From an uncultured Myxococcales bacterium (lineage in GTDB: Bacteria > Myxococcota_A > UBA9160 > UBA4427), in assembly GCA_965603475.1 (NCBI GenBank), contig CBFDDD010000001.1, forward strand, positions 111,157-175,156: a DNA stretch of 64,000 nucleotides, in the 5' to 3' direction. Position numbers and translations under genes: made by a program. Shown here piece after piece: positions 55,587 through 64,000 of the stretch (positions within the stretch are counted from its first letter, which is position 1; the number at the start of each line of letters is the position of its first letter). The notes under the pieces are model-generated. The model searched no databases, was not told the DNA's origin, and saw only the letters and a program-made list of their open reading frames with translations.

Positions 55587-56582
55587 CTAGAGGTAGCGCC
55601 TCTTCAGCCAGTCCACCATGAGCGCGTTCAGCTCATCGGGCTTCTCTTGTTGAGTCCAATGGCCGCATTCTTCGATCATGTGAATCTCGAGATCACTGCA
55701 CAATTCCGGCATTCCTTCGGCGAGGGCGGGACGCAGCGCGAGATCCCATTCGGCGGTCACCATCAGACAAGGCAGCTCGAGTTTCTGGACGCCCGTGGCG
55801 GGAAAGAGCTCTCGGTTGCGATCCAGGTTGCGGTACCAGTTGATCCCGCCACGAAATCCGGTCGCCTCGAAGGTTCGGACATAGGTTTCGAGTTCTTCTT
55901 TGCTGAGGAGCGGTTTACCGATCGGCTCGGTCTCTGAGAGCCGAAGAAAGGGATTGGCATCCGCTTCGGTCATGCCCGCAGCGGGATCCATCAGCGATTC
56001 GCGGTCGGGTTTCTCTGCTCGGCGCATGAGGAGTTCGAAGCAGGGGCGAACCAGCTCGTCCATCACACCTTCCGCAATGCCCGGCTCCTGGAACCAGAGC
56101 AGGTACAGCTTGTCGGGGTTCGGGAAGGCGAGGCGAAGGAGGTCGGTCCCCGGAAAGAGCGCGTAGGGTGTATTCACGCCGATCGACCCGGCCGTGCGAT
56201 CAGGATACAGGACCGGCATGGCCCAGCTGACCTGACCTCCCCAATCGTGGCCGGCGTAGACAGCTTTTTCGACGTTCAGCAGGTCGAGGATCCCCACGAG
56301 ATCAGATGTGAGGTGCTCGAGATCGTATTCGCCAATCGGGGAGGGCGAATCGCTCGCCCCGTAGCCGCGTTGATCTGGCACGATGACCCGGAAGCCAGCC
56401 TCGACCAGGGGTTGCACTTGATGCCGCCACGAGTAGGCGAGTTCGGGGAATCCGTGTGAGAGAACGATCGCGGGTCCTTCTCCCGCGACGTGCACTGAGA
56501 GTTCGATCGGTGCGATCGTGTTTCCCGCCGCGCCAGTTCGCTCCGGCAGCTGCATCTTGACGGCGTCAGGCCACATTGTCAT
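55587..56582 (-). CDS. alpha/beta hydrolase, epoxide-hydrolase-like
   Basis: LSHGFPELAYSWRHQ, DQRGYGASD, GHDWGG. Confidence 0.85.
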   Translation of the reverse strand: MTMWPDAVKMQLPERTGAAGNTIAPIELSVHVAGEGPAIVLSHGFPELAYSWRHQVQPLVEAGFRVIVPDQRGYGASDSPSPIGEYDLEHLTSDLVGILDLLNVEKAVYAGHDWGGQVSWAMPVLYPDRTAGSIGVNTPYALFPGTDLLRLAFPNPDKLYLLWFQEPGIAEGVMDELVRPCFELLMRRAEKPDRESLMDPAAGMTEADANPFLRLSETEPIGKPLLSKEELETYVRTFEATGFRGGINWYRNLDRNRELFPATGVQKLELPCLMVTAEWDLALRPALAEGMPELCSDLEIHMIEECGHWTQQEKPDELNALMVDWLKRRYL

Positions 56583-56619
56583 GGATTCTCTCCAGCTTCA
56601 CTGTTTCCGACCTAACGTC

Positions 56620-58332
56620 CTATGCCGCCGTCTGCGGACCACGAATGACCTTGCCCGGTAGAGCGCCGGTTGCGACACCGTCTTCATAGGTCACTTCGCC
56701 GTTCACGATCGTCTTGAGATAGCCGTCGACCTTTTGAATGATTCTACGGCCCGATTTCGGCAGGTCGTAGACCATTGTCGGCGGATGCAGATGCAAGGCT
56801 TCGAGATCGATCAGGTTCAAGTCCGCTTTCATGCCAGGTGCGATGACGCCTCGATCCTCGAGGCCGTAGAGGGCCGCCGTGTCGTGGGTCTGGATCTTGA
56901 CCATCTTCTCGAGCGGAATCCGGTCACCTCGATCTCGGTCACGTACCCAATGGGTCAACATGAACGTCGGCATACTCGCGTCGGCGATCAGACCGCAATG
57001 AGCCCCGCCGTCGCTCAATCCGAGGACGGTCGTCTCGTCGAGCAGCATCTCGCGAAGATGATCGTGATTGTAGAAGGCGTAGTTGCCCAGCGGCGCGAAG
57101 AGGTAGCCCTGGCCGTCCTGCTCGAGCATGAGGTCATAGGCGAGTTCCTGGGGTGTGACACCGAGCTCGGCCGCGCGATCCGCCACGCTTTGTTGCTTGG
57201 TCGGCTCGTAGTCCGGTGAGTCGTGGATTGGAAAGAACTTCGCGAAGTTGTTGAGAACGGCCACCAGGAAACCTGCTTTGGCAGTCGGATCTTCGGAGAG
57301 GATCTGCTTACGGACTTCGGGCTTGCGCAGCTCGGCCAACATCTCCTCATGGGGAAGGTCGGCAATCTTCTTGAACGAGGGATGGGTAATGAAGGGATGC
57401 AGAGAAGTGATGAAGCCCATCAGCATGCCCGTCGGCCGGCCGGGAATCTGGGGTCGAAGAATGACCCCTTCGTCTGCCAGGTCAGCGGCCTTCTGGAGCG
57501 TTGCGCGCCAGCCGTCCGGATCGAAGTCCGTTTGAGCCACGACGAAGGTGATCGGGCGTCCGGTCTCCCTGCAATATTGTGTCATCCAGTCGAGATCGGG
57601 GTCTTTTCCTTGATGGTCCGAGACCATCTCGAAGACACCGTGTCCCACTTCGCCGAGCGTGCGACCGAGTGCGAGCATTTCTTTGGCCGTCGAGTTGGTA
57701 CCGGGAATCAGCTCTCCGGCTTTGTCGCGATGCAGGACTGTTCGTGAAGTCGAGAACCCAAGTGCACCGGCCTCGAGCCCTTCACGTGTGATGTCAGCCA
57801 TTTCCTTGATCTCTTCGTCGGTGGCGATGTCGCGATAGGACCCTTCGTTCCCCATCACATAGGCGCGGATGGCGCTATGGGGCATCTGGGCTCCGATATC
57901 GATCGCACGAGGAAATTTTTCGAGCGCGTCGAGGTATTCGGGAAAGCTCTCCCACTTCCAATCGATCCCTTCGGCGAGGGCCGTGCCGGGGATGTCTTCG
58001 ACCGACTCCATCATTTCGATCAGATTCTGTTCTTCGCCGGGTCGAACCGGGGCGAAGCCGACGCCGCAATTCCCCATCACGATGGTCGTGACACCATGCC
58101 AACTCGAGGGCGTGACGTAGGGGTCCCAGGTCACCTGCCCGTCGTAATGGGTGTGAACGTCGACCCAACCGGGGGCCAGCACGTTGCCGGCGGCATCGAT
58201 CTCTTGTTTGCCCTCACCCGTCACTTCTCCGACGGAAACGATGCGGCCTGCGTCGATGGCGACATCGCCTTTGAATCGATCGTTTCCAGTACCGTCGACG
58301 ATGGTGGCATTCCGAATCACGAGATCGTGCAT
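56620..58332 (-). CDS. N-acyl-D-amino-acid deacylase (D-aminoacylase) family amidohydrolase
   Basis: MHDLVIRNATIVDGTGN...APGWVDVHTHYDGQ. AAGGAG RBS before ATG 58332. Confidence 0.85.
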   Translation of the reverse strand: MHDLVIRNATIVDGTGNDRFKGDVAIDAGRIVSVGEVTGEGKQEIDAAGNVLAPGWVDVHTHYDGQVTWDPYVTPSSWHGVTTIVMGNCGVGFAPVRPGEEQNLIEMMESVEDIPGTALAEGIDWKWESFPEYLDALEKFPRAIDIGAQMPHSAIRAYVMGNEGSYRDIATDEEIKEMADITREGLEAGALGFSTSRTVLHRDKAGELIPGTNSTAKEMLALGRTLGEVGHGVFEMVSDHQGKDPDLDWMTQYCRETGRPITFVVAQTDFDPDGWRATLQKAADLADEGVILRPQIPGRPTGMLMGFITSLHPFITHPSFKKIADLPHEEMLAELRKPEVRKQILSEDPTAKAGFLVAVLNNFAKFFPIHDSPDYEPTKQQSVADRAAELGVTPQELAYDLMLEQDGQGYLFAPLGNYAFYNHDHLREMLLDETTVLGLSDGGAHCGLIADASMPTFMLTHWVRDRDRGDRIPLEKMVKIQTHDTAALYGLEDRGVIAPGMKADLNLIDLEALHLHPPTMVYDLPKSGRRIIQKVDGYLKTIVNGEVTYEDGVATGALPGKVIRGPQTAA

Positions 58333-58390
58333 GGAGGGTCTCCTTGGGTTTGGGGGGCGAATATCGCAAAATACTGATAGACCTGTCAAA

Positions 58391-58404
58391 TGAAAGTTCT
58401 TTCA
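58391..58404. promoter_or_regulatory. palindrome TGAAAG-TT-CTTTCA, candidate operator of the second TetR
   Basis: Read directly, in the 102-bp divergent region between the deacylase and TetR genes. Confidence 0.4.
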
Positions 58405-58434
58405 CTTTGGCATCAGCTTCGGTAGCCTGCTGTC

Positions 58435-59070
58435 ATGCAGATCGCCCCAAGTGTGCCAGAAACCAGACCCCGAGAGGCTGTAGGTCGCCGAGAACGCAAG
58501 AAGCTCGAAACGCGTAGTGCACTGCATCGAGCGGCTCTCGATCTCTTCGCGAAGAATGGATTTCGCCATACCCGAATCAGCGAGATCGTGGATGTCGTCG
58601 ACGTGTCCGAGAGCACCTTCTTTCGATATTTCGACAGCAAGGAGGGCGTGGCGCTCGAAGGCATCCGTCAACGGGCCGAGGCGATCGTCGCCGCAGTCAG
58701 GGAGCGGCCCGTTTCGGAGTCGCCGATCGATGCCTGCCTTGCGGTGAATCGGAGCGATCAGTTGCCCGGCCATCGACTCCAGCAAGCAGATCTGCCCGGC
58801 CTGGAACTCTTCCGCAAGACTCCGGAGTTGGCCTCCCGGGCCCATCTCATGTTCAGCCAGATCGTTTCCGATCTGGCTCAGGATTTTGCACGCCGCCTCG
58901 GCAAGGATGCCTCGAGCCTCGAGGTTCGGTTGCAGGCCCATGCGGTCATCGCGGCATCGACCGTGGCCCTGGAAGTCTGGATCGAAGATCCCGCTGGGTC
59001 GGATCCCCAGAAGCTATCCGAGCAAGCGCTGATGAGGCTCCGTGATGGCCTTCAGTCGGATGTCGATTGA
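58435..59070 (+). CDS. TetR/AcrR family transcriptional regulator
   Basis: RERKKLETRSALHRAALDLFAKNGFRHTRISEIVDVVDVSESTFFRYF. Confidence 0.85.
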   Translation: MQIAPSVPETRPREAVGRRERKKLETRSALHRAALDLFAKNGFRHTRISEIVDVVDVSESTFFRYFDSKEGVALEGIRQRAEAIVAAVRERPVSESPIDACLAVNRSDQLPGHRLQQADLPGLELFRKTPELASRAHLMFSQIVSDLAQDFARRLGKDASSLEVRLQAHAVIAASTVALEVWIEDPAGSDPQKLSEQALMRLRDGLQSDVD

Positions 59071-60590
59071 TGTCGGAAGACGTGGACCTGAAAGACAGCG
59101 TAAAGGACATCGTCGTCGTCGGAGGAAGCATTGCTGGCCTGGCCGCCAGTCTGGCTCTTCGAGGCGCCGGCCATCGCGTACACATTATCGAGTCGGATTC
59201 GATCAGCGAAGAAAAAACCCCACTCGAAGCCTTCGAGCGCTGGGATCGTCGCGGTTCCCCCCAGGCCCGTCACACCCACGCCTTCCTGGCTCGGCTTCAT
59301 CAGCTCATCAAGCAACACGCGCCCGATCTTCTCGATCGCCTGCTGGAGGCGGGTGCCGAGGAACTCGAGTTCAAGGATCGAATTCCGCCGACGATCGAGA
59401 ATCCAGAGTTCATCGCGAGCGACGATGAGATTACGATGATTGCATGCCGTCGCATCACCTTCGAGTGGGTCCTGCGGCGCTATCTGTTCAACGACCTGGG
59501 CGTCACGAGCGAAGAGGGATCTGTCGTCACAGGTCTCATCCGAGATGAACGAAGCGGCCGAATACCGCGAGTCTGCGGAGTTCGCTATCGCGACGCCAAC
59601 GGGCTCGAGAAGACACGATCGGCCGATTTCGTGTTGGACGCGAGCGGTCGGCGTACGAAATGTGCGGATTGGTTGAAGGAGATCGGGTGTGCTGCTCCAC
59701 GAAAGGAGAGCGAACCTTGTGGGATCGTCTATTCATCGCGTTTCTATCGGCTGCAACCCAACGCGAAACAGCCGTTTACTTCGGGCTTTGCTGGCGGTGA
59801 CCTCGGATATCTGCGCTACGGCGTCTTTCCCTGCGATTCGGGCCTCTTCTCGCTGATCATCGCGGCGTCTCCCGAGGATCGCGGCATGCGCGCACTCAAG
59901 CAGAACGAAGGATTTGAAGCGGCTCTGCGCGTACTCCCCATGAGTCGCGAGTGGCTGGTGCCAGGCCTTTCAGAACCGATCGGTGACGTACACACGATGG
60001 CCGGGCTCAACAACGCACGGCGCCTGTTCATTGCGGATGGCGAACCACTGGCGCTGGGCTTTCAGCCGATTGGTGACGCCCTCTGTCATGCCAACCCACT
60101 ACTGGGTCGAGGCTGCACGTATGCCTTCATCCAGGCCTATCTGTTCACAGACGCGATGGCAGCGCATTCGAATGATTTGCGGGAGTTGGCCTTGTCCTTC
60201 GATCGCGGGGTGGAGGCAGAGATCATCCCTGGTTACGAATTCATTCGGACTGGCGATCGAAATTTCATTCGCAACGAACGCGTTGTCCGAGAAGGCCGGG
60301 ATCCGCTCGAAGTCGAACCGGAAACCGAGGAGGAAAAGCAGCAGATTTTTCTGGGACGCCTCGTGCGTGACGGTTTCGTGCCCGCCATGCAGACCGATAT
60401 CCATGTGTTACGTGCGTTCACCCGTGCAATGAACGTCCTCGAGCCCATGGAGAAGATGTTCAAGGACCCGGACATCATGGCCCGAGCCATGAAGGCCTAT
60501 GGGGAGAAGGAAACGCGAGAGAAACCTGTTCTTGGGCCGAGTCACGACGAGATGGTCGAGTTGCTCTTGAAGCAGGATGCGGCGCCCTGA
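59070..60590 (+). CDS. FAD-dependent oxidoreductase/monooxygenase
   Basis: Rossmann DIVVVGGSIAGLAASLALRGAGHRVHIIE. ATG overlaps the TetR TGA by 1 nt. Confidence 0.75.
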   Translation: MSEDVDLKDSVKDIVVVGGSIAGLAASLALRGAGHRVHIIESDSISEEKTPLEAFERWDRRGSPQARHTHAFLARLHQLIKQHAPDLLDRLLEAGAEELEFKDRIPPTIENPEFIASDDEITMIACRRITFEWVLRRYLFNDLGVTSEEGSVVTGLIRDERSGRIPRVCGVRYRDANGLEKTRSADFVLDASGRRTKCADWLKEIGCAAPRKESEPCGIVYSSRFYRLQPNAKQPFTSGFAGGDLGYLRYGVFPCDSGLFSLIIAASPEDRGMRALKQNEGFEAALRVLPMSREWLVPGLSEPIGDVHTMAGLNNARRLFIADGEPLALGFQPIGDALCHANPLLGRGCTYAFIQAYLFTDAMAAHSNDLRELALSFDRGVEAEIIPGYEFIRTGDRNFIRNERVVREGRDPLEVEPETEEEKQQIFLGRLVRDGFVPAMQTDIHVLRAFTRAMNVLEPMEKMFKDPDIMARAMKAYGEKETREKPVLGPSHDEMVELLLKQDAAP

Positions 60591-60659
60591 GCGAACCCTT
60601 CGAGTCCCTATGAATGCTGGGGCGATGCTCTCGGTCGATGTCGTCGGCGCGAGCGTTCT

Positions 60660-60710
60660 TGACTAATAGGCGTCGCTGACTAATAGGCATTGCTGACTAA
60701 TAGGAGTAGC
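60660..60710. repeat. 3 tandem 17-bp repeats TGACTAATAGG(N6), overlapping the stop of the TBDR remnant
   Basis: TGACTAATAGGCGTCGC / TGACTAATAGGCATTGC / TGACTAATAGGAGTAGC, read directly. Confidence 0.9.
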
Positions 60711-61243
60711 CGACTCGAAATCCGACGCTGCGCGGCTGGTCGATCGTGTGCACTCGATAGATCGACTGGAGGACTTCCTGGTTCGTCTTGGTTGACTCAT
60801 TTTCGAGATTGCGTGCGAAAATCTCGCCCCAGAATTGTTCGGTGATCGAGCTCCAGATGATCCGAACGTCCGTGCGCGTATAGGCGGGTGTCACGTCCTT
60901 GGAATTGCCATATTGCCGGAAGGCGATTTCGTCGCGGTAGTAGACGTCGACTCGCGGGGCGAGGCTTCCCCATCGACCGATGTCGAAGGTGTATTGCGCC
61001 CCGGCGGAGACCGTGAATCGAGGGCTGCGGGGCAATCGATTTCGATTCAAATTGACCTGCGCAACCCGGTCGGCGGGATTGAGCTGGCTGAAATCCTGGA
61101 TCGGTCTCGTCGGCCTCGAGTTCAAACGAATCAGGCTCTTCGCCTGCTGAGCCTTCGATCTGGGCCAATGCAGGAGGGACGGCCGATGCGATGATCGCCA
61201 GCTCGACGGCCAGCGTGACTCCCAGCGTGAAAAGGAGGCGCAT
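60697..61243 (-). pseudogene. decayed TonB-dependent receptor (signal peptide plus last ~130 aa of barrel, frame-disrupted)
   Basis: ATG 61243 gives signal peptide MRLLFTLGVTLAVELAIIASAVPPALAQ in one frame. The TBDR C-terminus NRLPRSPRFTVSAGAQYTF...VGFRVGYSY lies in another frame. The plug and most of the barrel are missing. Confidence 0.55.
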
Positions 61244-61591
61244 CGGCGGTCGTCGTATTCGATTCGTGTGATGGCTCTCTGGCGAGTTCTCCCCAAGGCT
61301 CTCTTCTGGTTCCAGAATTTCGTGATGGAGCGTGTAGAACATGCAAGTATTCTCCAGCTGTCCGATACTCTTGGAGCGAATTTCAAAATGCGATGGTGAA
61401 CTATTTCTGTTAACTAATATTTCGTATCGAAAATTTTGTAACGACACCAAAGATTTGCAGAACTATCTCGAAACCGGACCTGGCTTGCGCTATCGCGCGC
61501 AAGCGTGGCAGCGCTCACGCTATGGCATTATGCGATGCGACTAAGACTAACGGGGCTTCGGCTCGGGGTGGAGTGATGAGAAGGAGCCGAG

Positions 61592-62710
61592 ATGGCCATC
61601 CAGTCACAGAGCCGCGAGGCCTTGCGCGAGCTGATCGAGCTACTACAAGAGGTCGATCAGCACTGGTGCAGCGAAGAGCGCAATCTGGCTTCCGCCGAAG
61701 ATGTTGCCGGCTCTCATCGAGCACTGATGCACATCCTGGAGGCCGGGCTAGTTGGGTACTTCGAGCAGGACGCGCGTACGCCGGACTTTCGGCGCATCGT
61801 TACGCCGAGCCGCAAGCTCACGGGAGACAACAGCGATGCCATCTACTTCGATGCCCCGCTCGATCCTCGCTACGCCTATGTGGTTCGCGGCAATCTGAAT
61901 CAGGCCGTCTACTTCTCGATGACGATCGAGGAGGGTGCCGCGGACGGAAATATCCCGACCGCGACCTGTGGGGTCATCAACGATCGTCAGATCGATGTCG
62001 ACACCGACGGAAATTTCAGCGTCCATCTCGGCGGGCAATCGCGGGACCGGAACTGGTTGCCGCTGACCGAGAAGGCATCTCGGGTGACGACTCGCCACTA
62101 CTTCGAGAATGCAGTGCCTGCGGCGATGGATCCGCTACTCGAACCGATCATGCGAATCGAATGCATCAGTGAGACCGAGGTGCCGCCGCCTCCGAACGAC
62201 GAAAGTGTGAGCGCCGGCATTCGACGCGTGTGCAACATGGTCCGCACTCGCACGCTGGAGATGCCGCAGCTTGCTGGCGCCGAGTCACCCGCATTCGTGT
62301 CGACGACACCGAACACGTTTCCCAAACCGCAGCCACCCGGTACTTTCGGCTTGGCCGCCGCGGATGCACATTATTCGATGGCGATCTTCGTGCTCGCCCC
62401 GGACGAGGCGCTCGTGATGACCGGGCGATGGCCGGACTGCCGCTTCGGAAGCGTCTGTCTTTGGAATCGCTTTCAGCAGACCTTCGACTATCTGAATCGC
62501 GACGTGTCGCTGAATCGTGCCCAGACGCAGACCGATGAAGACGGTCGCTTCAGCATGATCCTGGCCCATGAGGACCCGGGCTTGCCCAACTGGCTGGACA
62601 CCGAGGGGAATTCATTCGGCCTTGTGTTCTGGCGCTTCTTCCTGGTGGAAGGGGAGGTTGAAACGCCGCAGGCCAAGGTGGTCAAGCTGGCGGACGTTAG
62701 AAATGCATAG
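61592..62710 (+). CDS. DUF1214-domain protein
   Basis: AAGGAG RBS. DNSDAIYFDAPLDPRYAYVVRG...RHYF pattern as I recall it for DUF1214/DUF1254 proteins. Confidence 0.6.
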   Translation: MAIQSQSREALRELIELLQEVDQHWCSEERNLASAEDVAGSHRALMHILEAGLVGYFEQDARTPDFRRIVTPSRKLTGDNSDAIYFDAPLDPRYAYVVRGNLNQAVYFSMTIEEGAADGNIPTATCGVINDRQIDVDTDGNFSVHLGGQSRDRNWLPLTEKASRVTTRHYFENAVPAAMDPLLEPIMRIECISETEVPPPPNDESVSAGIRRVCNMVRTRTLEMPQLAGAESPAFVSTTPNTFPKPQPPGTFGLAAADAHYSMAIFVLAPDEALVMTGRWPDCRFGSVCLWNRFQQTFDYLNRDVSLNRAQTQTDEDGRFSMILAHEDPGLPNWLDTEGNSFGLVFWRFFLVEGEVETPQAKVVKLADVRNA

Positions 62711-62748
62711 TGCGCCGGGTCACCCTGCCCATGGCAGCAAGGGCCAGT

Positions 62749-64000
62749 TCAGTCGAGACCGCCCTGCCCAGCGTCCACGACGACAGGCTCGAGGCTTCGG
62801 TGTTCCTTCGGGATCCAGTCGTTCGATCCCTTGCGAATATTTGCGAAGACCAGCTCGGGCAGGCTGACGAAGGTCCCCCGTAGACCGCGAACCAGGATGT
62901 CTCCGCGATCGAGCGGAGCCGCCAGGACTCCGAGAACGCTCTCGCCCAACGCGGCCACCAGATTCACTGCCCCGAAAAGTGGACGCAGAAACGGGGTGTC
63001 ATCGGTGAAGAAGACGAAGAACGAATCATTCGCGTTTCGATGATAGGTCGTCGACGTGAAAGTGTTGGACTCCCGCAGTGCCACTCGAATCGGGCTCTCT
63101 CGGTTCTTCATTGTCTGCAAGCGCAATTGGCGGTACGAGAGGATCGTCTCTCGTTGGATGACTCGATAACGTCCGTTGACCTCTCGCGCCGACACGAAGG
63201 GAATGAAAGCCAGGCTGTATCGGCTGCCGACATAACCACCGAGTCGCTGTTCCGAAATTTCGACAGAGTTCTCGAAACTGTCGTTCAGGGTCTCGAAAAT
63301 CGCTGTTGCACAGTTCTGGCTGAAGAGGTCGTAGCGATGGAGCCGCCGCATAGCGCGCGAGTAGGACCGCTCCCGCTCTCGCGCGTGTTTCAGGTCTTCT
63401 GAGAGTTGTGAACCGGAGCGCTGTGGCCAGAGTGGAACCCGATAGGGCGCGGCGAGCGTGGGCACGAGATGGCCCTGCGCGACTCGAATCGAAGGCTGAC
63501 CGCGCAAGCCGCGCAGCATCTCGAAATAGCGATTGCTTCTCTCCTCCAATCGTTCCCATGCAAGCTCGTCCGGAGCGGCGGCGTTTCGGAAATAGGCGCG
63601 CGACGCCTCGAGCTGTTTCTGGTTCTCCGAAAGCATGATCCCTTCGACATCCCCATGTTGATCGATCTCGACATGACCGAGGTCTTCGGACTCTTCGGGA
63701 AAGGTGTCGAGGAAGACGAGGCGCCCGCTCGCGACGGATTGATTCAATGCCGATAGCCTCGCCATTCCGACCAGAAGTGTCTGGCCCCAATCCGGACGTC
63801 GGGAAGCAGCGAGCTCCACGAGCTGTCCGGTCAATTTCTTCGCATATCGCGCAAGCACCTGGATTTCTTCGGAGTCGAGCACGAAGGAGTCGTGGAGTGG
63901 AGCGTGATGAGTGGTGGTAGCGAGAGGACGCGCCTCCTCTAGCGTGTCGAGTGCCGCCAACCCGGCAGCCAGATCGACCCAGCGGTTCGAATAGGCCCGC
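62749..64000 (-). CDS. DUF4105/Lnb-N-terminal-like protein, 5' end beyond window
   Basis: The frame stays open to nt 64000. YDLFSQNCATAIFETLN resembles the DUF4105 core motif. Confidence 0.5.
   Translation of the reverse strand, partial: RAYSNRWVDLAAGLAALDTLEEARPLATTTHHAPLHDSFVLDSEEIQVLARYAKKLTGQLVELAASRRPDWGQTLLVGMARLSALNQSVASGRLVFLDTFPEESEDLGHVEIDQHGDVEGIMLSENQKQLEASRAYFRNAAAPDELAWERLEERSNRYFEMLRGLRGQPSIRVAQGHLVPTLAAPYRVPLWPQRSGSQLSEDLKHARERERSYSRAMRRLHRYDLFSQNCATAIFETLNDSFENSVEISEQRLGGYVGSRYSLAFIPFVSAREVNGRYRVIQRETILSYRQLRLQTMKNRESPIRVALRESNTFTSTTYHRNANDSFFVFFTDDTPFLRPLFGAVNLVAALGESVLGVLAAPLDRGDILVRGLRGTFVSLPELVFANIRKGSNDWIPKEHRSLEPVVVDAGQGGLD

Noticed and set aside
60588-60660. Possible Sec readthrough of the FAD-oxidoreductase TGA stop (TrxR-like C-terminal Sec)
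   Set aside because: The continuation (ANPSSPYECWGDALGRCRRRERS) has no GCUG-like motif or homology, and no SECIS-like hairpin follows.
1-64000. Search for CRISPR arrays, IS elements, integrases, phage or toxin-antitoxin/defence modules
   Set aside because: I found no spaced direct-repeat arrays, no transposase-, recombinase- or nuclease-like ORFs, and no long terminal inverted repeats. The window looks like core or accessory metabolic chromosome rather than a mobile or defence island.

Overview
High-GC (roughly 60% by eye, not computed) bacterial chromosomal segment. It is densely coding on both strands, with about 58 protein genes. The organism is a diderm: outer-membrane beta-barrels, lipoproteins and Tat/Sec signals are present. 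Gene content is mostly catabolic and redox metabolism: four acyl-CoA dehydrogenases, an enoyl-CoA hydratase, an SCPx-type thiolase, a family III CoA-transferase, acetoacetyl-CoA synthetase, two LLM oxidoreductases, three Fe(II)/2OG dioxygenases (two PhyH, one TauD), a PQQ dehydrogenase, a W/Mo aldehyde:ferredoxin oxidoreductase, a sulfite dehydrogenase and several hydrolases. Housekeeping genes include plsB, fhs, aqpZ, gltS and a cold-shock gene, with MarR and TetR regulators. I saw no rRNA or tRNA genes, CRISPR arrays, transposases, integrases or phage genes. The main result is that the organism appears to decode UGA as selenocysteine. Three genes are split or missed by the stop-delimited ORF track, and each becomes a full-length family member when one in-frame TGA is read as Sec. 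They are an orphan GrdB-family protein (38743-39645), a SelW/Rdx-like CxxU protein (37039-37254, minus strand) and a glutathione peroxidase (54179-54652). Each TGA is followed 10-14 nt later by a 7-bp GC-rich hairpin with GU in the loop. Secondary observations: (1) a NapB-like cytochrome with a degenerate second heme site, co-oriented with a beta-barrel porin; (2) a divergent lysoplasmalogenase / AOR-MoaD-nitroreductase arrangement; (3) two intergenic tandem repeats that reiterate gene 3' ends and place stop codons in every frame; (4) a decayed TonB-dependent receptor; (5) a heteromeric-type ACAD pair under a TetR operator; (6) a histone H1-like protein; (7) a cluster of c-type cytochrome genes with an orphan FetB permease. 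All family calls rest on motif and sequence recognition by eye. No database search was run, and start codons are best guesses.
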